Made by a program: the position numbers and the translations under genes
In this document: positions 26,956 to 33,778 of the stretch, in pieces
Position numbering within the stretch: position 1 is the stretch's first letter
Layout of the letters: the number at the start of each line of letters is the position of its first letter
Assembly (NCBI GenBank): GCA_964625245.1
Contig: CAZVAN010000001.1
Coordinates: 1-57,741, forward strand
From: an uncultured Candidatus Saccharibacteria bacterium
GTDB lineage: Bacteria > Patescibacteriota > Saccharimonadia > Saccharimonadales > UBA10212
DNA length: 57,741 bases
Direction: 5' to 3'
Notes under the pieces: generated by a model
Told to the model about the DNA's origin: nothing
Database searches by the model: none
Seen by the model: only the letters and a program-made list of their open reading frames with translations

Positions 26956-27031
26956 TGGCGGGCCGGACGGGATTTGAACCCGCGACCTTCTCCGTGACAG
27001 GGAGACGAGCACTCCGCTGCTCCACCGGCCC
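26956..27031 (-). tRNA. tRNA-Asp (anticodon GTC), CCA encoded
   Basis: Reverse complement: GGGCCGG-TG-GAGC-AGCGGAGT-GCTC-G-TCTCC-CTGTCAC-GGAGA-AGGTC-GCGGG-TTCAAAT-CCCGT-CCGGCCC-GCCA. Confidence 0.9.
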
Positions 27032-27095
27032 ATGGTCTAATTATGTTTTCTGAACAGGTGTAAGTTTAGCAATTTAACCCCTGAAAGGCAACGAG

Positions 27096-28232
27096 CTAGA
27101 ACTTTACATAATTTTGGGGTGGGTGTTGTTTGCGGAGGTCATTTACGTAGGTAGATGTATCTTTGAGGTTAAAAACAATATGAGAAGCAGTGACTGATTT
27201 ACCATCATTCTGAGTAACTTTGACTATCTGCAGCGTTGGAGGGGCCCCGGCAATTACGGGGCTAGCCAAAACAATACCAGACACTTGGCCGGGTCTTAAC
27301 TTGAACATAGCATCGACCACTTCGGGCGGAATGTTTGGGTTGGTCTTGGTGATACTAAAGCCAAAATCCCCGCCGTTAGCTTTATTTGGATCGTCTGATA
27401 CAGCCTTGGCAACTTCGCTAAAATCGGCGCCAGCTTTGATTTGGGCTAGGGCGGCGGCGGCGCGAGCATTGGCTGTTTTGTCTAGCTTGGCGGCCACTTT
27501 TTCGGTTAGAATTTCCTGCTTAAGAGAACGCTTAAAGTCAGAGACCGACCAGCCCCAATAATCGCGCAGAACGTCAGCAAAAACCTTGCTGTTATTACCA
27601 AGGCGGTTCTGGTTGCGGACTTCAACTATACGAGCATCTACCTCTTTATTGGTTACAGTAACTCCATTTTGGCGAGCTAACTGTTTAACATAGGCGATGT
27701 TGATAGCACTATCAAGAGCCTGTTGTCTAAAGCGGATAAGTTGTTGGTGATCAGAGCCGTTGAAATTTAGTTGCTGTTGGGTTTGGTAATAGTGTACGAA
27801 GTGCCTGAGCTCAAACAGATAGTTCTCGTAGCTAACAAAGTTGCCCTCAACTTTGGCAATCGGGAATGGCACAACCTGTGTTACACGGTATAAAAAGGTG
27901 TTGTATTGGTAAAAATGATAGAGGGCCAAGCTGCAATAGACCAAAAAGGCTACTATAGCAGCGGTGGCCAGACTCAGCGTTACTACTACTATTCTGCGTT
28001 TAGAATGTTGCAGGGGGTAGATATATTTACGGGCGCCTTTTAAAACCTCTTCACGGTGTTCGGTAATAGTTTCATTGGTAATCCTTGGAACATTTTCAAT
28101 GACCTGTGGCTCAGCCGGCGGCTGTAGGGGGTGCAGAGTCATCGCCCGCTCGGCCATTGAATCAGGAATAAGTTCGCGCACCTTTCGAGTATGTCGCGTT
28201 AACTTCAGTTTTTTAAACCTTTTCTTGACCAT
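27096..28232 (-). CDS. Membrane-anchored parvulin-type peptidyl-prolyl isomerase (PrsA/SurA-like)
   Basis: 378-aa ORF with one N-terminal TM helix. The C-terminal rotamase segment reads FSEVAKAVSDDPNKANGGDFGF...MFKLRPGQVSGIV. Confidence 0.72.
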   Translation of the reverse strand: MVKKRFKKLKLTRHTRKVRELIPDSMAERAMTLHPLQPPAEPQVIENVPRITNETITEHREEVLKGARKYIYPLQHSKRRIVVVTLSLATAAIVAFLVYCSLALYHFYQYNTFLYRVTQVVPFPIAKVEGNFVSYENYLFELRHFVHYYQTQQQLNFNGSDHQQLIRFRQQALDSAINIAYVKQLARQNGVTVTNKEVDARIVEVRNQNRLGNNSKVFADVLRDYWGWSVSDFKRSLKQEILTEKVAAKLDKTANARAAAALAQIKAGADFSEVAKAVSDDPNKANGGDFGFSITKTNPNIPPEVVDAMFKLRPGQVSGIVLASPVIAGAPPTLQIVKVTQNDGKSVTASHIVFNLKDTSTYVNDLRKQHPPQNYVKF

Positions 28233-28247
28233 AAACCTCTTTAATAG

Positions 28248-28814
28248 TTAGTCGTTATCGGACAGGGGCCGCTGAGTCGGGTGCACACCAAGTTCACGCA
28301 AAATATGAACCATCTCCCTCTGGACTCGCGCCGGATGATGCACGTCGTGGATAACTAAATCACCCACATATGTCTGCACAATTATTGTACCAAAGCCCAG
28401 CATTGTTTCTTGCAGGCCGGCAATTTGATAGTTTATCATTTGGATTTGCTCCAGTCCTAAATCGACAACATTAACTTGAAGCAGGCTGCGCGTTTGCTGG
28501 ATAAAACGCTGGTTGGTCATGATATAGACACTGAAGTACCAGCGGACCCAGAATGGCAATATAAGTATTGCCCCTAACACAAAGCCAGCAATTAGCCCAC
28601 CAATAAAGACACTGTATTCCGGTTTAATTAGGGCTGGGATTACCCCTATGAGCAAGCCAGCCATTGCCAGAATAAGACCTTTGCGCATCACTACCGGGTG
28701 TTTTCGGAAAACCAGCAGAGTTTCTTCATCATCAAACTGTTCTTTGAAGTGTCTCTTTTTATTAGATTTTTCGTCGACTTCCGGCTCTGGTTCGGCCGAC
28801 TGTTGTTGGCTCAT
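28248..28814 (-). CDS. Membrane protein with bacterial PH (YdbS/YdbT-like) domain
   Basis: 188-aa ORF with FRKHPVVMRKG followed by two TM helices and a C-terminal beta-rich domain. Family assigned from recalled architecture. Confidence 0.55.
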   Translation of the reverse strand: MSQQQSAEPEPEVDEKSNKKRHFKEQFDDEETLLVFRKHPVVMRKGLILAMAGLLIGVIPALIKPEYSVFIGGLIAGFVLGAILILPFWVRWYFSVYIMTNQRFIQQTRSLLQVNVVDLGLEQIQMINYQIAGLQETMLGFGTIIVQTYVGDLVIHDVHHPARVQREMVHILRELGVHPTQRPLSDND

Positions 28815-28851
28815 GCCTATATTGTAACCAAAGATGGCTCGAATAGTTAGA

Positions 28852-28982
28852 TTGGTCTTGTTTACAATTTTACAAATTTCCGCACTGCAGTAATTCGTAA
28901 AATTGAGAGAAGGAGGCGACTTAGGGACCGAAAGTAAGTTAAAATACTAACTTACGGAGGTCGATGCGTCGACTCCGACGAA
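28852..28982 (+). ncRNA. Structured leader/ncRNA element directly 5' of tRNA-Arg (copy B)
   Basis: Candidate promoter TTGTAA-16 nt-TAGTTA (28822-28849). Hairpin CAATTTTACAAA/TTCGTAAAATTG carries the loop TTTCCGCACTGCAGTAA. Long-range stem GGAGGCGAC/GTCGACTCC encloses hairpin GTAAGTTA/TAACTTAC. It ends with GACGAA abutting the tRNA. Confidence 0.5.
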
Positions 28983-29057
28983 GCCCCTGTAGTTCAATGG
29001 ATAAAATAGCTCCGTCCTAAGGAGAAGCTAGAGGTTCGAATCCTCTCGGGGGCACCA
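28983..29057 (+). tRNA. tRNA-Arg (anticodon CCT), CCA encoded
   Basis: Acceptor GCCCCTG/CGGGGGC, anticodon arm (G)CTCC-GTCCTAA-GGAG(A), T arm AGAGG-TTCGAAT-CCTCT, 3' ACCA. The D arm is atypical, so isotype confidence is moderate. Confidence 0.8.
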
Positions 29058-29060
29058 ATT

Positions 29061-29564
29061 TTATTCAGATTGTAGAGTCAAATGTTCGTGGACTGTCTTG
29101 TAGGAAAACAGTTCATCATCTGTAAACCAATGCTCAATTTCTTGTTTAGCTTCCCCTACGTCGCCGGAGGCATGAACAATATTAGGCAAGCCAACTTTCC
29201 TCTCATTGGCGTAGTTGATAGTCATATGAGCGTAATCGCCCCTAATAGTGCCTGGTGCAGCCGCCTTTGGTTCGGTATCGCCCACCATCTTTCGCACTAC
29301 GCCTACTGCTTCAACACCCTCTAGTACCAGAGCTATGACCGGGCCGCTCATCATGAATTGGCTATTCTTTTTATAAACATCTTCGCCTCGTCGGGAAATT
29401 AGCTTACTAACCGTCTCATAGTGATGATGATAGTGAGCTTCGTCCGGTTGCATCATTTTTAAACCGATGATTTTAAGTCCGGCTTTCTCAAATCTGGTAA
29501 TGACTTCACCGGCAATGCTTCGCTTGATGGCATCGGGCTTAAGTAAAACTAAGGTTCTTTCCAT
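29061..29564 (-). CDS. ndk: Nucleoside diphosphate kinase
   Basis: Begins MERTLVLLKPDAIKR at Met-55 of the listed ORF. The NDK active-site region reads NIVHASGD. The upstream 54 codons of the ORF-track call look like read-through of the intergenic region. Confidence 0.9.
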   Translation of the reverse strand: MERTLVLLKPDAIKRSIAGEVITRFEKAGLKIIGLKMMQPDEAHYHHHYETVSKLISRRGEDVYKKNSQFMMSGPVIALVLEGVEAVGVVRKMVGDTEPKAAAPGTIRGDYAHMTINYANERKVGLPNIVHASGDVGEAKQEIEHWFTDDELFSYKTVHEHLTLQSE

Positions 29565-29659
29565 ATTGAGAATGATTATAACAGATAGAGGTGTTGATTC
29601 AAATTGAATAATATATGTGCTCACGGACTCGATTTTCTTTTCTCTGTTAGAATAGGCTA

Positions 29660-30577
29660 ATGAGCTACGAACAAGCCACTGCGGAATTTCTGGAATACCT
29701 AGAACTGGAGCAAAATCGCTCACCAAAGACCATACAAAATTATAGTCATTACCTTATCCGTCTTAGTGATTTTGCCGGTGATATAAAGGTAGAGGATATA
29801 AATCCGGAATTGATTAGAAAATGGCGTTTATGGCTAAACCGCCTGGGCACTAATACTAGCGATGAGCTTTCAAAGACCACACAAAACTACCACCTAATTG
29901 CGCTAAGAAGTTTCCTTAGATTTTGTATTAAGAGAGGTTACACTGCCCTACCCCCCGACCAGATAGAACTAGCACGGACTACCCGCCCCCAGGTGACTTT
30001 TTTAACGCCGGAGGAGCTTGAGCGCCTAGCTTCCCAGCCCAATACGTCCAACCCTACTGGTCTACGCGACCGGGCCATTATAGAACTTTTGTTTTCCAGC
30101 GGACTACGCGTTAGTGAGCTGGTGGGGCTAGATCGTGACCATATTAACCTGAAGCGACGCGAGTTTATGGTACGTGGCAAAGGCCAAAAAGATCGGCCGA
30201 TCTTTATCAGCGCCGAGGCAGCGGGTTGGATAGACCAGTATCTGCAAAAACGCCAAGACAATACCAAGCCCCTTTTTATTAGATACAGTGGGTCTAAAAA
30301 AGTAGATTTATCGGGTAATTTTCACCGTTTGACGGCCCGTAGCGTGCAGCGAATGGTGGCCAGATACGCTCGGCTAGCCGGAATTACCAAACACGTTAGC
30401 CCGCATACGCTGCGGCATTCTTTTGCGACGGACCTTTTGATGAACGGGGCTGACCTAAGGAGTGTGCAGGCCATGCTGGGCCATAGTAACATCGCTACCA
30501 CTCAAATTTATACTCATGTTACAGATCCCCACTTAAAAGCCGTTCATGAAAAGTTCCACCGAACAAAAAATAATTAA
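29660..30577 (+). CDS. Tyrosine recombinase, XerC/XerD family
   Basis: 305-aa ORF with an N-terminal SAM-like core-binding domain, catalytic R...HxLRH (SPHTLRHSFAT) ...GH, and the Tyr in TTQIYTHV. Confidence 0.85.
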   Translation: MSYEQATAEFLEYLELEQNRSPKTIQNYSHYLIRLSDFAGDIKVEDINPELIRKWRLWLNRLGTNTSDELSKTTQNYHLIALRSFLRFCIKRGYTALPPDQIELARTTRPQVTFLTPEELERLASQPNTSNPTGLRDRAIIELLFSSGLRVSELVGLDRDHINLKRREFMVRGKGQKDRPIFISAEAAGWIDQYLQKRQDNTKPLFIRYSGSKKVDLSGNFHRLTARSVQRMVARYARLAGITKHVSPHTLRHSFATDLLMNGADLRSVQAMLGHSNIATTQIYTHVTDPHLKAVHEKFHRTKNN

Positions 30578-30698
30578 ATAAGCCAAAAACATAACTAATT
30601 TTATTTGACTGTCAGCCGTTATAGAATTTGCTGTAGCGATTCTTCCCTCGCAAAAGCTTTAGCTAGTACCCCAACAACCAGGAAAGGTGGGTGGATCA

Positions 30699-31769
30699 AT
30701 GTTCGGCAAGACCAAGCTGCAAACATGGGCAGCTTTGGGCGGCTGTGTCTGCGCCGCCACCGGGTTTGGAGCCCAGAATTCCAAGAGTGCCCCGGCCAAC
30801 GAATCAGGAGCGACAACCAGCTGTTCCGATTACAACTTGATCGACGTACACGGTTCAGGTGCAGCCTCGTACACCGAAAGTCCGGCCGGGAGCGTCCTGG
30901 CAGAGCAGCTCCAGATGAGTTTGTCGCCGAAGCAAGTGGAGGTGGATACCGTCCCGTTTGAAGCGGCCGGTGGCCCAATTACCCTGGCGGGAGCGGCTTT
31001 GAAGTTGCCGCGCGGCTACCACCAGTCAGTAGTGAAAATCAAGAACTGGCTGCGGGAATGGCTTCAGGCTCTACCCGGGGACTGCCCGAACGCCAAGGTC
31101 ATCCTGGTCGGCTACAGCCAGGGGGCACAGGCGGTAGGCGACGTCTATCAGGAGCGAGCTTGGAAGCAAGTGGTCGGGGTTGTATTGTTCGGAGACCCCT
31201 ACTACAACCACGCTGACAGTTCAGACCGCTTCGGGCTCAACTTCCAGCCGAAGCAGAGGATCAAGACCAAGCTGGACGGAGCCCTGGTGGGGCGCAAACC
31301 AAGGGATGCCTTCAACAGCTCCCTGGTGCAGAGCTACTGCCACCAAGAGGACTTCGTATGCCAGGCTCCCCTGAGCAAGTACGAGCTGGTTCGATACGGC
31401 AAGAGCCAGCACAACAACTACACCGGGTTCGGGGAGCCGGAGAAGGCGGCCAAGTACCTGATGGGCCTAATTGGTTCAAGCGGCAGCCCAAAACCGTCGC
31501 CCAAACCACTGGGCAAATGGCCCACCAACCGTCACGATGGCCCACCGGCTCTCTTCTTGATGCTGGGAGCCAACTTCATCAGTCCAGATTGGTCGAGCTG
31601 TGACCCGGCTTACTGCATCGTTGGGTCCGATAACACGGTCTACGTGTTTTCGGTCGACCAGGGCATCAACGAAAAGGGGACAATCCCTCTTGGGTACACA
31701 GACCCCGCGGAGGGACTGGGGGAACTAAAAGTTCCAAAACCGGACATCGACAAGCTGCTGGCTCCGTGA
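30699..31769 (+). CDS. Cutinase-family serine esterase, predicted lipoprotein, high-GC (foreign composition)
   Basis: The ATG at 30699 follows AGGAAAGGTGGG. The signal peptide has lipobox LGGC. Cutinase nucleophile motif GYSQGAQ is present. G/C-ending codons run throughout, with shadow ORFs on both strands. Confidence 0.75.
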   Translation: MFGKTKLQTWAALGGCVCAATGFGAQNSKSAPANESGATTSCSDYNLIDVHGSGAASYTESPAGSVLAEQLQMSLSPKQVEVDTVPFEAAGGPITLAGAALKLPRGYHQSVVKIKNWLREWLQALPGDCPNAKVILVGYSQGAQAVGDVYQERAWKQVVGVVLFGDPYYNHADSSDRFGLNFQPKQRIKTKLDGALVGRKPRDAFNSSLVQSYCHQEDFVCQAPLSKYELVRYGKSQHNNYTGFGEPEKAAKYLMGLIGSSGSPKPSPKPLGKWPTNRHDGPPALFLMLGANFISPDWSSCDPAYCIVGSDNTVYVFSVDQGINEKGTIPLGYTDPAEGLGELKVPKPDIDKLLAP

Positions 31770-31780
31770 AGAAGCAAGAC

Positions 31781-31814
31781 GCCCGGGTGAGCGGATTTTC
31801 ACGCTCACCCGGGC
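31781..31814 (+). terminator. GC-rich stem-loop without U-tail (foreign-style terminator)
   Basis: 13-bp stem GCCCGGGTGAGCG/CGCTCACCCGGGC with an 8-nt loop. Confidence 0.5.
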
Positions 31815-31833
31815 TAGGCGAAGGAAGAATTGT

Positions 31834-31862
31834 AAGACCCCGCTCGTGGGTCTTTTAATTTT
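31834..31862 (+). terminator. Native-style intrinsic terminator
   Basis: AAGACCC-CGCTCGT-GGGTCTT followed by TTAATTTT. Confidence 0.55.
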
Positions 31863-31896
31863 AACCTTGGGGTGTAATAATTAAGCGTAAGAAGTT

Positions 31897-32553
31897 ATGA
31901 AAAAGACTCAAAGAGGGTTTGGAGATATAAAGCTAATAGGAATCGGTGTATTGATTCTAGTGCTAATCGTTGCTGGCGGATATGCTTACCATAGACGTAG
32001 TGGTTCTTCTTCTAATTCTAATACGAGCATCTCGGTGGGTTGGTCTCTGTACAAAAGCGATAAGTATGGGTTTGAGTTTAGTTATCCTAATGATTGGGGT
32101 GGCCCGACTACGACAGAGGTAAGTAATTCAGCAAGTAAGCAGTATGTGGTTGCCTTCCCCACCGATTCAACAAAATCGATAAAAATTGAGATGGACTCTG
32201 GTCTATCCAACAATAAGGATTGCGACCCGGGCAAGGGATGTACAACAGGTGAGGTAAGCAAAGCTTATATAGAAAGTAGGCTGAAGAATGATAAATCCGA
32301 CTTGGCTGCTAGTGATACGACTTCGTTTGCTAACGTTGTTAGTGTTCCCAAACAAGTAAGCGGATTGAGCGTTTATAGGATAGTGAGTGTTCCAAAGATT
32401 AAGACTGATGCTGCTAGGTTAAGCTATGTAGTTACCAGCGCAGGCGTTAGCTGCCCTCAAAACGGCTTTGCCCCAACTAGCACTGAAGGCTGTGTTACAA
32501 AGGATACATATGTTGTGGCCGATCAAGTTATAAAGAGCCTGCAATCACTTTAA
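31897..32553 (+). CDS. Membrane-anchored hypothetical protein (native composition)
   Basis: 218-aa ORF with one N-terminal TM helix and then a YKSDKYGFEFSYPNDWGG-type extracytoplasmic domain. Low GC, like the bulk genome. Confidence 0.55.
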   Translation: MKKTQRGFGDIKLIGIGVLILVLIVAGGYAYHRRSGSSSNSNTSISVGWSLYKSDKYGFEFSYPNDWGGPTTTEVSNSASKQYVVAFPTDSTKSIKIEMDSGLSNNKDCDPGKGCTTGEVSKAYIESRLKNDKSDLAASDTTSFANVVSVPKQVSGLSVYRIVSVPKIKTDAARLSYVVTSAGVSCPQNGFAPTSTEGCVTKDTYVVADQVIKSLQSL

Positions 32554-32682
32554 GTTCTACTTATTTTAATAAGCTCTAGCATTTTACTTATTAGCTAAAA
32601 TATTCTAGGATAGGTTTATGATCTCTTTTGATCCAAGGTCTAAGTAAACCAGCTCCTCTCATACGTAGTTCAAGAAAGGTAG

Positions 32683-33681
32683 GTGATTCCCGTGAAGGGG
32701 ATCCGTATCACCGCGTGCCTCGTGGCACTGGTGCTCTCGTGCCTCGTCGTCGCTTCGGTGACGGCATCCGCGCACGCAATCACCAAGAACGACCCACCGG
32801 TTGTCCGGTACAGCGATGGGTCCCTGACCCTCGATGGCCAGCCCTACTTCCCAATCATGGCTCTGATCACTCGCTGCCCAAGTAGCGACGTGATCAATCA
32901 GATGGTCAAGGTGGGCGTCAACACCGTCGACGGCTATGCCCTCAGCTGTGGTACCGGCAAGGGTACGCAAGAGTTCGTCGACAAGCTTCACACCGCTCTT
33001 CAAGACCGCGTGAAGTGGATGGAGCATGACACGAGCGTCGGCTACTGGCCGACGGGACTTCCCGAGCTGACGAAGTGGCTGGCTCCCATCCAATGGGACA
33101 CCCACGACGGCCAGCAGCTCAAGTCGTGCAGTGACCACTCAGCAGTCTCGGTCTACACGGGAGTCAACAACCTCAGCAAGAGGGGGCCGGTGATCCTGCG
33201 AATTCCGATCGCTGTCGCTGGCGGTCTCGACGGCCAGGACGTCAATTGCCTGACCGGAGCCCGTGTCTCGGCTCTCCTCTGGGGAGCCGTGGCAACCACG
33301 AAGCTCGTTGGTATCGAGTACCTCGCACAGGACAAGGGACAAGATGCCCCGCTGTTCGACGTTCCGACCAGCGTGCAGGCGCAGGCACCGAAGGATGCAG
33401 CCCTGCTCAAGCTGATCCTGCCGGCGATGGAGAACGGCACCGTTGTCACATCGCAAGTCAACGTGACCGGCGGCGTGAAGGTCGGAGCTTGGAAGTACAA
33501 CGGCTCGACCGTCATCGTGGCCGTGAACATGGTCGACACACCGGCTTCTGCAAGCTTCACACTGCCAAGCTCACTGAAGAACGTTCGCGTTCTGAAGGAG
33601 ACCAGCGGGGTGAAGATCAGCGGCCGGAAGTTCACCGACCATTTCCCTGGGCTGAGCAAGCACATCTACGTGGTGCAGTAA
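32683..33681 (+). CDS. Secreted protein, possibly glycoside-hydrolase-like, high-GC (foreign composition)
   Basis: 332-aa ORF with a GTG start after GAAAGGTAGG and signal peptide ...LVVASVTASAHA. The LTLDGQPYFPIMAL segment is reminiscent of TIM-barrel glycosidases (weak). Strong GC3 bias. Confidence 0.6.
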   Translation: MIPVKGIRITACLVALVLSCLVVASVTASAHAITKNDPPVVRYSDGSLTLDGQPYFPIMALITRCPSSDVINQMVKVGVNTVDGYALSCGTGKGTQEFVDKLHTALQDRVKWMEHDTSVGYWPTGLPELTKWLAPIQWDTHDGQQLKSCSDHSAVSVYTGVNNLSKRGPVILRIPIAVAGGLDGQDVNCLTGARVSALLWGAVATTKLVGIEYLAQDKGQDAPLFDVPTSVQAQAPKDAALLKLILPAMENGTVVTSQVNVTGGVKVGAWKYNGSTVIVAVNMVDTPASASFTLPSSLKNVRVLKETSGVKISGRKFTDHFPGLSKHIYVVQ

Positions 33682-33714
33682 GACGCAAGGGGGCCTTCGG
33701 GCCCCCAACCGTCT
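33681..33714 (+). terminator. GC-rich stem-loop without U-tail (foreign-style terminator)
   Basis: AGACG-CAA-GGGGGCC-TTCG-GGCCCCC-AAC-CGTCT. Confidence 0.5.
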
Positions 33715-33749
33715 TTCTAGAAAAGAGGAGTTGAATCAGGAGATCTTAC

Positions 33750-33777
33750 AGAGCCCGCAAGGGCTCTTTCTCTTTTT
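33750..33777 (+). terminator. Native-style intrinsic terminator
   Basis: AGAGCCC-GCAA-GGGCTCT followed by TTCTCTTTTT. Confidence 0.6.
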
Positions 33778-33778
33778 A

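Noticed and set aside
29565-29726. 54-codon N-terminal extension of the ndk ORF, overlapping the Xer recombinase start.
   Set aside because: The NDK fold begins at MERTLVLLKPD (29564). The extension has no RBS logic and reads through the divergent promoter region.
30605-33734. Many overlapping 60-170-aa ORFs on both strands (for example 30605-30961, 30619-30978, 31180-31603, 32628-33138, 33139-33734).
   Set aside because: These are typical shadow ORFs caused by stop-codon depletion in GC-rich DNA. Their translations are Arg/Pro/Gly/Ala-rich nonsense, and each lies within or antisense to the two long ORFs that carry signal peptides and a catalytic motif.
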